NCBI GenBank assembly: GCA_964016885.1
Contig: OZ024741.1
Coordinates: 229,896,001-229,960,000, forward strand
Source: Eledone cirrhosa
Taxonomy: Eukaryota
Direction: 5' to 3'
DNA: 64,000 nucleotides
The notes under the pieces are model-generated. The model searched no databases. It worked only from the letters and a program-made list of their open reading frames with translations, and had not been told where the DNA came from. This document shows positions 44,701-58,900 of this stretch, piece by piece (within the stretch, counting starts at the first letter, position 1; every line of letters begins with the position of its first letter). A program made the translations under genes and the position numbers.

Positions 44701-47700
44701 CAAACCCAAATCCAAATCCAAATCCAAATTCAAATCCAAACCAAAATCCAACCCAAACCAAAACACAAACGCAAACCCAAATCCAAACCCAAACCCAAAC
44801 AGAACCCGAACCAGAACCCAAACCCAAACCCAAACCCAAATCAAAATCCAAACCCAAACCCGAACCCGAATCCGAATCCGAATCCAAACCCAAATCCAAA
44901 CCCAAACCCAAACCCATACGCTAACCGAAACCGAAACCGAAACCGCATCCGATCCTACATCCATATCCAAATCCGAATCCAAACCCAAACCCGAATCCAA
45001 ACCCAAACCCAAACACAAACCCAAATCCAAATCCAAATCCAAATCCAAACCCAAATCCAGACCCTAACTCAAATCCAAATCCAAATCCAAACCCAAACCC
45101 ACACCCAAACCCGCACCCGCACCCAAACCCAAACCAAAACCCAAACCCAATCCCAAATCCAAATCCAAATCCAAACCCACAACCAAATCCAAATCCGAAT
45201 CCAAACCCAAACCCAAATCCAAGCCCAAACCCAAGAAAAATCCAAGCCCAAACTCAAACTCAAATCCAAACCCTAACCCAAATCCGAATCCGAATCCAAA
45301 CCCAAATCCAAACCCAAACCCAAACCCAAACCCACACCCATCCCAAACCCAAACCCAAACCCAAACCCAAATCCAAATCCAAACCCAAACCCAAGTCGAA
45401 ACCCAAATTCAAATCCAAACCAAAATCAAACCCAAACCAAACCAAAACCCAAAACCAAACCCCAACCAAAACCCAAATCCAAACCAAAACCCAAACCCGC
45501 ACCCGCACCCAAACCAAAACCCAAACCCAAACCCAATCCCAAATCCAAATCCAAATCCAAATCCAAATCCAAATCCAAACCCACTACCAAATCCAAATCC
45601 GTATCCAAACCCAAACCCAAATCCAAGCCCAAACCCAAGCAAAATACAAGCCCAAACCCAAACTCAAATCCAAACCCTAACCCAAATCCGAATCCAAATC
45701 AAAACCCAAATCCAAACCCAAACCCAAACCCAAACCACACCCAATCCCAAAGCCAAAGCCAAACCCAAATCCGAATCAAAACCCAAACCCAAACCCAAAT
45801 TCGAATCCGAATCCGAATCCGATACCGAATCCAAACCCAAACCCGAATCCAAATCCAAATCCAAACCCAAACTCAAACCTAAATCCAAATCTAAACCCAA
45901 ACCCAAACCACAATACAAATCCAAACCAAAACCCAAATCCATATCCAAATCCAAACCAAAATCAAACAAACCCAAACCAAAACCAAAACCCAAACCCAAA
46001 TCCAAATCCAAACCCAAACCCAAACCCGAACCAGAATCCGAATCCAAACCCAAATCCAAACCCAAACCCAAACCCAAACCAAAAACCCCAACCCCAACCC
46101 AAATCCAAATACAAACACAAACCCAAATCTAAATCCAAATCCAAATTCAAATCCAGACCAAAATCCAACCCAAACCAAAACCCAAACCCAAACCCAAACC
46201 CAAACCCAAACAGAACCCGAACCCGAACCCAAACCCAAACCCAAACCCAAACCAAAATCCAAACCCAAACCCGAACCCGAATCCGAATCCGAATCCAAAC
46301 CCAAATCCAAACCCAAACCCCAACCCATACGCTAACCGAAACCGAAACCGAAACCGCAACCGATCCCAAACCCAAATCCAACTCCAAATCCAACCCCAAA
46401 CCCAAACCCAACCCGAATCCAAACCCAAATCCAAACCCAAACCCAAACCCATACGCTAACCGAAACCGAAACCGAAACCGCAACTGATCCCAAATCCATA
46501 ACCAAATCCGAATCCAAACCCAAACCCGAATCCAAACCCAAACCCAAACCCAAACCCAAATCCAAATCCAAATTCAAATCCAAACCCAAATCCAGACCCT
46601 AACCCAAATCCAAATCCAAACCCAAACCCAAACCCCAACCTAAACCCGCACCCGAACCCGCACCCAAACCAAAACCCAAACCCAATCCCAAATCCAAATC
46701 CAAATCCAAACCCACAACCAAATCCAAATCCGAATCCAAACCCAAACCCAAATCCGAGCCCAAACCCAAGCAAAATCCAAGCCCAAACCAAAACTCAAAT
46801 CCAAACCCTAATCCAAATCCGAATCCGAATCCAAACCCAAATCCAAACCCAAACCCAAACCCAAACCCAAACCTACACCCAATCCCAAACCCAAACCCAA
46901 ACCCAAACCCAAATCCAAATCCAAACCCAAACCCAAGCCGAAACCCAAATTCAAATCCAAAGCAAAATCAAACCCAAACCCAAACCCGCACCCGCCCCCA
47001 AACCAAAACCCAAACCCAATCCCAAATCCAAATCAAAATCAAAATCCAAACCCACAACCAAATCCAAATCCGAATCCAAACCCAAACCCAAATCCAAGCC
47101 CAAACCCAAGCAACATCCAAGCCCAAACCCAAACTCAAATCCAAACCCTAATCCAAATCCGAATCCAAATCCAAACCCAAACCCAAACCCAAACCCAAAC
47201 CCAAACCCGAATCCAAATCCAAATCCAAACCCAAACCCAAACCTAAATCCAAATCTAAACCCAAACCCAAACCCAAACCACAATACAAATCCAAACCAAA
47301 ACCCAAATCCATATCCAAATCCACACCAAAATCAAACAAACCCAAACCAAAACCAAAACCCAGACCCAAACCCAAATCCAAATCCAAACCCAAACCCAAA
47401 CCCAGACCCGAACCAGAATCCGAATCCAAACCCAAATCCAAACCCAAACCCAAACCCAAACCCGAACCAGAATCCGAATCCAAACCCAAATCCAAACCCA
47501 AACCCAAACCCAAACTCCAAACCCCAACCCCAACCCAAATCCAAATACAAACACAAACCCAAATCCAAATCCAAATCCAAATTCAAATCCAAACCAAAAT
47601 CCAACCCAAACCAAAACACAAACCCATACGCTAACCGAAACCGAAACCTAAACCGCAACCGATCCCAAATCCATATCCAAATCCGAATCCAAACCCAATC

Positions 47701-50700
47701 CCGAATCCAAACCCAAACCCAAACACAAACCCAAATCCAAATCCAAATCCAAATCCAAACCCAAATCCAGACCCTAACCCAAATCCAAATCCAAATCCAA
47801 ACCCAAACCCAAACCCGCACCCAAACCCAATCCCAAATCCAAATCCAAATCCAAATCCAAACCCACAACCAAATCCAAATCCGAATCCAAACCCAAACCC
47901 AAATCCAAACCCAAACCCAAACCCAAACCCACACCCAATCCCAAACCCAAACCCAAACCCAAACCCAAATCCAAATCCAATCCCAAACCCAAGCCGAAAC
48001 CCAAATTCAAATCCAAAGCAAAATCAAACCCAAACCAAACCAAAACCCAAATCCAAACCCAAACCCAAACCCGCCCCCGCCCCAAACCAAAACCCAAACC
48101 CAATCCCAAATCCAAATCCAAATCCAAATCCAAACCCACAACCAAATCCAAATCCGAATCCAAACCCAAACCCATATCCAAGCCCAAACCCAAGCAAAAT
48201 CCAAGCCCAAACCCAAACTCAAATCCAAACCCTAATCCAAATCCGAATCTAAATCCAAACCCAAACCCAAACCCAAACCCAAACCCGAATCCAAATCCAA
48301 ATCCAAACCCAAACCCAAACCTAAATCCAAATCTAAACCCAAACCCAAACCCAAACCACAATACAAATCCAAACCAAAACCCAAATCCATATCCAAATCC
48401 ACACCAAAATCAAACAAACCCAAACCAAAACCAAAACCCAGACCCAAACCCAAATCCAAATCCAAACCCAAACCCAAACCCAAACCCGAACCAGAATCCG
48501 AATCCAAACCAACATCCAAACCCAAACCCAAACCCAAACCCGAACCAGAATCCGAATCCAAACCCAAATCCAAACCCAAACCCAAACCCAAACCCAAACT
48601 CCAAACCCCAACCCCAACCCAAATCCAAATACAAACAGAAACCCAAATCCAAATCCAAATCCAAATTCAAATCCAAACCAAAATCCAACCCAAACCAAAA
48701 CACAAACCCATACGCTAACCGAAACCGAAACCTAAACCGCAACCGATCCCAAATCCATATCCAAATCCGAATCCAAACCCAATCCCGAATCCAAACCCAA
48801 ACCCAAACACAAACCCAAATCCAAATCCAAATCCAAATCCAGACCCAAATCCAGACCCTAACCCAAATCCAAATCCAAATCCAAACCCAAACCCAAACCC
48901 AAACCCAAACCCAAACCCAATCCCAAACCCGCACCCAAACCCAATCCCAAATCCAAATCCAAATCCAAATCGAAACCCACAACCAAATCCAAATCCGAAT
49001 CCAAACCCAAACCCAAATCCAAGCCCAAACCCAAGCAAAATCCAAGCCCAAACTCAAACTCAAATCCAAACCCTAACCCAAATCTGAATCCGAATCCAAA
49101 CCCAAATCCAAACCCAAACCCAAACCCAAACCCAAACACACACCCGTCCCAAACCCAAACCCAAACCCAAACCCAAATCCAAATCCAAACCCAAACCCAA
49201 GCCGAAACCCAAATTCAAATCCAAACCCAAATCAAACCCAAACCAAACCAAAACCCAAAACCAAACCCAAACCAAAACCCAAATCCAAACCCAAACCCAA
49301 ACCCGCACCCGCACCCGCACCCAAACCAAAACCAAAACCCAAACCCAATCCCAAATCCAAATCCAAATCCAAACCCACTACCAAATCCAAATCCGAATCC
49401 AAACCCAAACACAAATCCAAGCCCAAACCCAAGCAAAATCCAAGCCCAAACCCAAACTCAAATCCAAACCCTAACCCAAATCCGAATCCAAATCAAAACC
49501 CAAATCCAAACCCAAACCCAAACCCAAACCCACACCCAATCCCAAACCCAAACCCAAACCCAAATCCGAATCAAAACCCAAACCCAAACCCAAACCCAAA
49601 TCCGAATCCGAATCCGAATCCGAAACCGAATCCAAACCCAAACCCGAATCCAAATCCAAATCCAAACCCAAACCCAAACCTAAATCCAAATCTAAACCCA
49701 AACCCAAACCCAAACCACAATACAAATCCAAACCAAAACCCAAATCCATATCCAAATCCAAACCAAAATCAAACAAACCCAAACCCAAACCAAAACCCAG
49801 ACCCAAACCCAAATCCAAATCCAAACCCAAACCCAAACCCAAACCCGAACCAGAATCCGAATCCAAACCCAAATCCAAACCCAAACCCAAACCCAAACCA
49901 AAAACCCCAACCCAAATCCAAATACAAACACAAAACCAAATCCAAATCCAAATCCAAATTGAAATCCAAACCAAAATCCAACCCCAACCAAAACACAAAC
50001 CCAAACCCAAATCCAAACCCAAACCCAAACAGAACCCGAACCCGAACCCAAACCCAAACCCAAACCAAAATCCAAACCCAAACCCGAACCCGAATCCGAA
50101 TCCGAATCCAAACCCAAATCCAAACCCAAACCCAAACCCATACGCTAACCGAAACCGAAACCGAAACCGCAACCGATCCCAAATCCATATCCAAATCCGA
50201 ATCCAAACCCAAACCCGAATCCAAACCCCAACCCAAACCCAAACCCAAATCCAAATCCAAATCCAAACCCAAATCCAGACCCTAACCCAAATCCAAATCC
50301 AAATCCAAACCCAAAGCCAAACCCGCACCCGCACCCGCACCCGCACCCAAACCAAAACCCAAACCCAATCCCAAATCCAAATCCAAATCCAAACCCACAA
50401 CCAAATCCAAATCCGAATCCAAACCCAAACCCGAACCAGAATCCGAATCCAAACCAAAATCCAAACCCAAACCCAAACCAAAAACCCCAACCCCAACTCA
50501 AATCCAAATACAAACACAAACCCAAATCCAAATCCAAATCCAAATTCAAATCCAAACCAAAATCCAACCCAAACCAAAACACAAACCCAAACCCAAATCC
50601 AAACCCAAACCCAAACAGAACCCGAACCAGAACCCAAACCCAAACCCAAACCCAAATCAAAATCCAAACCCAAACCCGAACCCGAATCCGAATCCGAATC

Positions 50701-53700
50701 CAAACCCAAATCCAAACCCAAACCCAAACCCATACGCTAACCGAAACCGAAACCGAAACCGCATCCGATCCTACATCCATATCCAAATCCGAATCCAAAC
50801 CCAAACCCGAATCCAAACCCAAACCCAAACACAAACCCAAATCCAAATCCAAATCCAAATCCAAACCCAAATCCAGACCCTAACTCAAATCCAAATCCAA
50901 ATCCAAACCCAAACCCACACCCAAACCCGCACCCGCACCCAAACCCAAACCAAAACCCAAACCCAATCCCAAATCCAAATCCAAATCCAAACCCACAACC
51001 AAATCCAAATCCGAATCCAAACCCAAACCCAAATCCAAGCCCAAACCCAAGCAAAATCCAAGCCCAAACTCAAACTCAAATCCAAACCCTAACCCAAATC
51101 CGAATCCGAATCCAAACCCAAATCCAAACCCAAACCCAAACCCAAACCCACACCCATCCCAAACCCAAACCCAAACCCAAACCCAATTCCAAATCCAAAC
51201 CCAAACCCAAGTCGAAACCCAAATTCAAATCCAAACCAAAATCAAACACAAACCAAACCAAAACCCAAAACCAAACCCCAACCAAAACCCAAATCCAAAC
51301 CAAAACCCAAACCCGCACCCGCACCCAAACCAAAACCCAAACCCAAACCCAATCCCAAATCCAAATCCAAATCCAAATCCAAATCCAAATCCAAACCCAC
51401 TACCAAATCCAAATCCGTATCCAAACCCAAACCCAAATCCAAGCCCAAACCCAAGCAAAATACAAGCCCAAACCCAAACTCAAATCCAAACCCTAACCCA
51501 AATCCGAATCCAAATCAAAACCCAAATCCAAACCCAAACCCAAACCCAAACCCACACCCAATCCCAAAGCCAAAGCCAAACCCAAATCCGAATCAAAACC
51601 CAAACCCAAACCCAAATTCGAATCCGAATCCGAATCCGATACCGAATCCAAACCCAAACCCGAATCCAAATCCAAATCCAAACCCAAACCCAAACCTAAA
51701 TCCAAATCTAAACCCAAACCCAAACCACAATACAAATCCAAACCAAAACCCAAATCCATATCCAAATCCAAACCAAAATCAAACAAACCCAAACCAAAAC
51801 CAAAACCCAAACCCAAATCCAAATCCAAACCCAAACCCAAACCCGAACCAGAATCCGAATCCAAACCCAAATCCAAACCCAAACCCAAACCCAAACCAAA
51901 AACCCCAACCCCAACCCAAATCCAAATACAAACACAAACCCAAATCTAAATCCAAATCCAAATTCAAATCCAGACCAAAATCAAACCCAAACCAAAACCC
52001 AAACCCAAACCCAAACCCAAACCCAAACAGAACCCGAACCCGAACCCAAACCCAAACCCAAACCCAAACCAAAATCCAAACCCAAACCCGAACCCGAATC
52101 CGAATCCGAATCCAAACCCAAATCCAAACCCAAACCCCAACCCATACGCTAACCGAAACCGAAACCGAAACCGCAACCGATCCCAAATCCATATCCAAAT
52201 CCGAATCGAAACCCAAACCCGAATCCAAACTCAAACCAAAACCCAAACCCAAACCCAAACCCAAACCCAAACCCAAACAGAACCCGAACCCGAACCCAAA
52301 CCCAAACCCAAACCAAAATCCAAACCCAAACCCGAACCCGAATCCGAATCCGAATCCAAACCCAAATCCAAACCCAAACCCAAACCCATACGCTAACCGA
52401 ATCCGAAACCGAAACCGCAACCGATCCCAAATCCATATCCAAATCCGAATCCAAACCCAAACCCGAATCCAAACTCAAACCCAAACCCAAACCCAAATCC
52501 AAATCCAAACCCAAATCCAAACCCAAATCCAGACCCTAACTCAAATCCAAATCCAAATCCAAACCCAAACCCAAACCCAATCCAAAATCCAAACCAAAAT
52601 CAAACCCAAACCAAACCAAAACCCAAAACCAAACCCAAACCAAAACCCAAATCCAAACCAAAACCCAAAACCCGCACCCGCACCCAAACCAAAACCCAAA
52701 CCCAAACCCAATCCCAAATCCAAATCCAAATCCAAATCCAAACCCACTACCAAATCCAAATCCGTATCCAAACCCAAACCCAAATCCAAGCCCAAACCCA
52801 AGCAAAATCCAAGCCCAAACCCAAACTCAAATCCAAACCCTAACCCAAATCCGAATCCAAATCAAAACCAAAATCCAAACCCAAACCCAAACCCAAACCC
52901 AAACCCACACCCAATCCCAAAGCCAAACCCAAACCCAAATCCGAATCAAAATCCAAACCCAAACCCAAGCCCAAATTCGAATCCGAATCCGAATCCGAAA
53001 CCGAATCCAAACCCAAACCCGAATCCAAATCCAAATCCAAACCCAAACCCAAACCTAAATCTAAACCCAAACCCAAACCCAAACCACAATACAAATCCAA
53101 ACCAAAACCCAAATCCATATCCAAATCCAAACCAAAATCAAACAAACCCGAACCAAAACCCAAACCCAAACCCAAATCCAAATCCAAACCCAAACCCAAA
53201 CCCAAACCCGAACCAGAATCCGAATCCAAACCCAAATCCAAACCCAAACCCAAACCCAAACCAAAAACCCCAACCCCAACCCAAATACAAATACAAACAC
53301 AAACCCAAATCTAAATCCAAATCCAAATTCAAATCCAGACCAAAATCCAACCCAAACCAAAACCCAAACCCAAATCCAAACCCAAACCCAAACAGAACCC
53401 GAACCCGAACCTAAACCCAAACCCAAACCAAAATCCAAACCCAAACCCGAACCCGAATCCGAATCCGAATCCAAACCCAAACCCAAATCCAAACCCAAAC
53501 CCAAACCCATACGCTAACCGAAACCGAAACCGAAACCGCAACCGATCCCAAATCCATATCCAAATCCGAATCCAAACCCAAACCCGAATCCAAACCCAAA
53601 CCCAAACCCAAACCCAAATCCAAATCCAAATCCAAACCCAAATCCAGACCCTAACTCAAATCCAAATCCAAATCCAAACCCAAACCCGCACCCGCACCCA

Positions 53701-55965
53701 AACCCAAACCAAAACCCAAACCCAATCCCAAATCCAAATCCAAATCCAAACCCACAACCAAATCCAAATCCGAATCCAAACCCAAACCGAAATCCAAGCC
53801 CAAACCCAAGCAAAATCCAAGCCCAAACTCAAACTCAAATCCAAACCCTAACCCAAATCCGAATCCGAATCCAAACCCAAATCCAAACCCAAACCCAAAC
53901 CCAAACCCAAACCCACACCCGTCCCAAACCCAAACCCAAACCCAAACCCAAATCCAAATCCAAACCCAAACCCAAGCCGAAACCCAAATACAAATACAAA
54001 TCCAGACCAAAATCAAACCCAAACCAAACCAAAACCCAAAACCAAACCCAAACCAAAACCCAAATCCAAACCCAAACCCGCACCCGCACCCAAACACAAA
54101 CCAAAACCAAAACCCAAACCCAATCCCAAATCCAAATCCAAATCCAAATCCAAATCCATCCCACTACCAAATCCAAATCCGTATCCAAACCCAAACCCAA
54201 ATCCAAGCCCAAACCCAAGCAAAATCCAAGCCCAAACCCAAACTCAAATCCAAACCCTAACCCAAATCCGAATCCAAATCAAAACCCAAATCCAAACCCA
54301 AACCCAAACCCAAACCCAAACCCACACCCAATCCCAAAGCCAAAGCCAAACCCAAATCCGAATCAAAACCCAAACCCAAACCCAAACCCAAATTCGAATC
54401 CGAATCCGAATCCGAAACCGAAACCGAATCCAAACCCAAACCCGAATCCAAATCCAAACCCAAACGCAAACCCAAACCCGAACCAGAATCCGAATCCAAA
54501 CCCAAATCCAAACCCAAACCCAAACCCAAACCAAAACCCCCAACCCCAACCCAAATCCAAATACAAACACAAACCCAAATCTAAATCCAAATCCAAATTC
54601 AAATCCAGACCAAAATCCAACCCAAACCCAAACCCAAACCCAAACCCAAATCCAAACCCAAACCCAAACAGAACCCGAACCCGAACCCGAATCCGAATCC
54701 GAATCCAAACCCAAATCCAAACCCAAACCCATACGCTAACCGAAACCGAAACCGAAACCGCAACCGATCCCAAATCCATATCCAAATCCGAATCCAAACC
54801 CAAACCCGAATCCAAACCCAAACCCAAACCCAAACCCAAACCCAAATCCAAATCCAAATCCAAACCCAAATCCAGACCCTAACTCAAATCCAAATCCAAA
54901 TCCAAACCCAAACCCAAACCCAAACCCAAACCCAAACCAAGACCCAAACCCAAACCAAAACCCAAACCCAATCCCAAATCCAAATCCAAATGCAAATCCA
55001 AACCCACAACCAAATCCAAATCCGAATCCAAACCCAAACCCAAATCCAAGCCCAAACCCAAGCAAAATCCAAGCCCAAACCCAAACTCAAATCCAAACCC
55101 TAACCCAAATCCGAATCCAAATCCAAACCCAAATCCAAACCCAAACCCAAACCCAAACCCAAACCCACACCCAATCCCAAACCCAAACCCAAATCCGAAT
55201 CAAAACCCAAACCCAAACCCAAACCCAAACCCAAATCCGAATCCGAATCCGAAACCGAATCCAAACCCAAACCCAAACCCAAACCCAAACCCACACCCAA
55301 TCCCAAACCCAAACCCAAACCCAAATCCGAATCAAAATCCAAACCAAAACCCAAACCTAAATCCAAATCTAAACCCAAACCCAAACCCAAACCACAATAC
55401 AAATCCAAACCAAAACCCAAATCCATATCCAAATCCAAACCAAAATCAAACAAACCCAAACCACAACCAAAACCCAGACCCAAATCCAAATCCAAACCCA
55501 AACCCAAACCAACACCCAATACCAAACCCAAACCCAAACCCTAATCCAAACCCAAGCCCAAACCCAAACCAGAATCTGAACCCGAACCCAAACCCAAATC
55601 AAACCCAAAACCAATCCCAAATCCAAATCCAAATCCAAACCCAAACCCAAACCTATATCCAAATCCAACCCAAACCCAAACCCAAACCCAAACCACAATA
55701 CAAATCCAAACCAAAACCCAAATCCATATACAAATCCAAACCAAAATCAAACAAACCCAAACCAAAACCCAGACCCAAACACAAATCCAAATCCAAACCC
55801 AAACCCAAACCCGAACCCGAATCCGAATCCAAACCCAAATCCAAACCCAAACCCATACGGTAACCGAAACCGAAACCGAAACCTAAATCCAAATCCAAAT
55901 CCGAATCCAAACCCAAACCCAAATCCGAATCCGAAACCGAACCGAACCGAACCGAACCGAACCGA
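38761..55965. repeat. 17-kb complex hexamer satellite (CCAAAC/CCAAAT and variants) with higher-order repeats
   Basis: Strand-asymmetric C/A-rich array. The landmark catacgctaaccgaaacc recurs about 18 times. Identical or near-identical pseudo-ORFs recur at offsets 7575 (38881/46456), 7463 (40947/48410) and 5816 (44329/50145). Confidence 0.98.
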
Positions 55966-58900
55966 ACTGAATTGAATAATTAATTATATTTATTTTATTT
56001 TTTTTAAATTTATTAATTAGTTTATTAATTAATTAATTACTTATGTTAATCCATTTTACTTCAATTTAATTTAATTTAATTTAATTTAATTAATTTAAAA
56101 AACGAAACGAAACGAAACCGGGGAACCTAAAAAATCAATCGAAACGAAACCGGGGAACCTAAAAAACCGAAAGGAGACGAAATCGGGGAACATAAAAAAC
56201 CAAACGAAACGAAACTGGTTTCGAGGTTGGACCGTAGTGCGCATGCGCGAAAATTGGACCTTACTGCACATATGCGAAGGTTGTACCGCCCTGCGCATGT
56301 GCCAAGTTTGACAGCACTGCGCATGCGCAGTACGGTCCATCCTTAGCGCATGCGCACTACCGTCCAACCTTCGCGCATGCACACTATGGTCCAACATTAG
56401 CGCATGCGCAGTGCTGTCCAACCTTCTCGCATGCGCTGTGCGGTCCCATCTTCGCGCATGCGCACTTCGGTCCAACCTTAGCACATGCGCAGTGCGCAGT
56501 GGGCTATTTCCGGGTGTTTCCGGGTATTTCCGGTTATTTCAGAGTATTAAATTAAATTAAATTAAATTATAGTAAATTAAATTAAATTAAATTAAATTAA
56601 ATTAATTAAATTAATTAATTAATTAAATAATTCATTATTTAATTAATTAATTAATTAAATTTATTCTAGTTTATCTTATTTTATTTTACATTATTTTATT
56701 TTATTAATTAATTAATTATTTTAATTAATTTTAATTTAATTTAATTTAGTTTAATTTAATTTAATTTAATTTAATTTAATTTAATTTAATTTAATTTAAT
56801 TTAATTTAATTTAAAAAACGAAACGAAACCGGGGTACCTAAAAAACCAAACGAAACGAAACCGGGGAATCTAAAAAACCGAAACGAGACGAAATCGGGGA
56901 ACCTAAACAACCAAACGAAAGGAAACTGGTTTCGAGGTTGGACCGTAGTGCGCGTGCGCGAAGGTTGGACCGCACTGCGCATGCGCGAAGGTTGGACAGC
57001 ACTGCGCATGAGCAGTACGGTCCAACATTAGCGCATGCGCACTACCATCCAACCATTAAATTAAATTAAATTAAATTAAATTAAATTAAATTAATTAATT
57101 AATTAAATTTATTTTATTTTATTAATTAATTATTTTAATTCATTTTAATTTAATTTAATTTAATTTAATTTAATTTAATTTAATTTAATTTAATTAAAAA
57201 AACGAAACGAAATCGGGGTACCTAAAAAACCAAACGAAACCGGGGAACCTAAAAAATCAAACGAAATGAAACCGGGGAACCTAAAGAACCAAACGAAACG
57301 AAACCGGGGAACCTAAAAAACCGAAACGAGACGAAATCGGGGAACCTAAAAATCAAAACGAAAGTAAACTGGTTTCGAGGTTGGACCGTAGTGCGCATGC
57401 GCGAAGGTTGGACCGTACTGCGCATGCGCGAAGGTTGTACCGCACTGCGCATGCGCCAAGTTTGGACAACACTGCGCATGAGCAGTACGGTCCAACCTTA
57501 GCGCATGCGCACTACCATCCAACCTTCGCGCATGCACACTATGGTCCAACCTTAGCGCATACGTAGTGCTGTCCAACAATCCCGCATGCGGTGTGCGGTC
57601 CGACTTCACGCATGCGCAGTACGGTCCGGCCTTCGCGCATGCGCAATGCTGTCCAACCTTGGTGAATGCACAGTGCGCAGTGGGCTATTTCCGGGTGTTT
57701 CCGGGTATTTCCGGGTATTTCCGGTTAATTCCGGATATTAAATTAAATTAAATTAAATTAAATTTAATTCAATTTAATTAAATTAATTAATTAAATTAAT
57801 TAATTGAATTAATTAAAATAAAATAAAATAAAATAAAATAAAATAAAATAAAATAAAATAAAATAAAATAAAATAAAATAAAATAAATTATAATAAAATG
57901 AAATGAAATGAAATGAAATGAAATGAAATGAATTTAAGTAATTAATTAATATAATTAATTTAATTTAATTTAATTTAATACCAGCAAATAACCGGAAATA
58001 CACGGAAACACACGGAAATAGCCCACTGTGCACTGCGCATGCGCCAAGGTTGCACAGCACTGCGCATGCGCGAAGGTCGGACCGTACTGCGCATGTGCAA
58101 AGGTCGGACCGCACAGCGCACGCGCGAAGGCTGGACACCACTGCGCATGCGGCAAGGTTGGACCATAGTGCGCATATGTGTAGGTTGGACCGTAATGCGT
58201 ATGCGCAGTGCGATCCAACCTTCGCGCATGCGCAGTACGGTCCAACCTTCGCGCATGCGCAGTACGGTCCAACCTTCGCGCATGCGCAGTACGGTCCAAC
58301 CTCGAAACCAGTTTCGTTTCGTTTGGTTTTTTAGGTTCCCCGGTTTTGATTCGTTTGGTTTTTTAGGTTCACGGGTTCCGTTTTGTTTGGTTCTTTAGGT
58401 TCCCCGGTTTCGTTTCGTTTTCTATATTAAATTAAATTAAATTAGATTAAATTGAATTAAATTAAATTAAATTTACGGTCCACCCTCGAAACCAGTTTCG
58501 TTTCGTTTGGATTTTACGTTCCCCGGTTTCGTCTCGTTTCGGTATTTTAGGTTCCCCGATTACGTTCTTTAGGTTCCCCGGTTTCGTTTCGTTTGGTTTT
58601 TTAGGTTCCCCGGTTTCGTTTCGTTTTTTAAATTAAATTAAATTAAATTAAATTAATTAAATTAATTAAATTAATTAATTAATTAATTAATTAATCATTT
58701 AATTAATTAATTAATTAAATTTATTTTATTTTATTTTATTTTTTTATTTTATTAATTAATTAATTAATAAATTAGTTATTTTAATTCATTTAAATTTAAT
58801 TTAATTTAATTTAATTTAATTTAATTTAATTTAATTTAATTTAATTTAATTTAATTTAATTTAATTTAATTTAATTTAATTTAATTTAGTTTCATTTAAT

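Noticed and set aside
38751-55922. Giant Gly-Phe/Gly-Leu/Trp-Val or Pro-Asn repeat protein (structural or circumsporozoite-like)
   Set aside because: 5- and 7-nt units shift the frame repeatedly, so all frames cycle and hit stops. There are no splice signals or unique domains, and the plus strand has essentially no ATG.
38761-55965. True telomere
   Set aside because: Canonical CCCTAA is a minority word, and the array is internal, flanked by other sequence on both sides.
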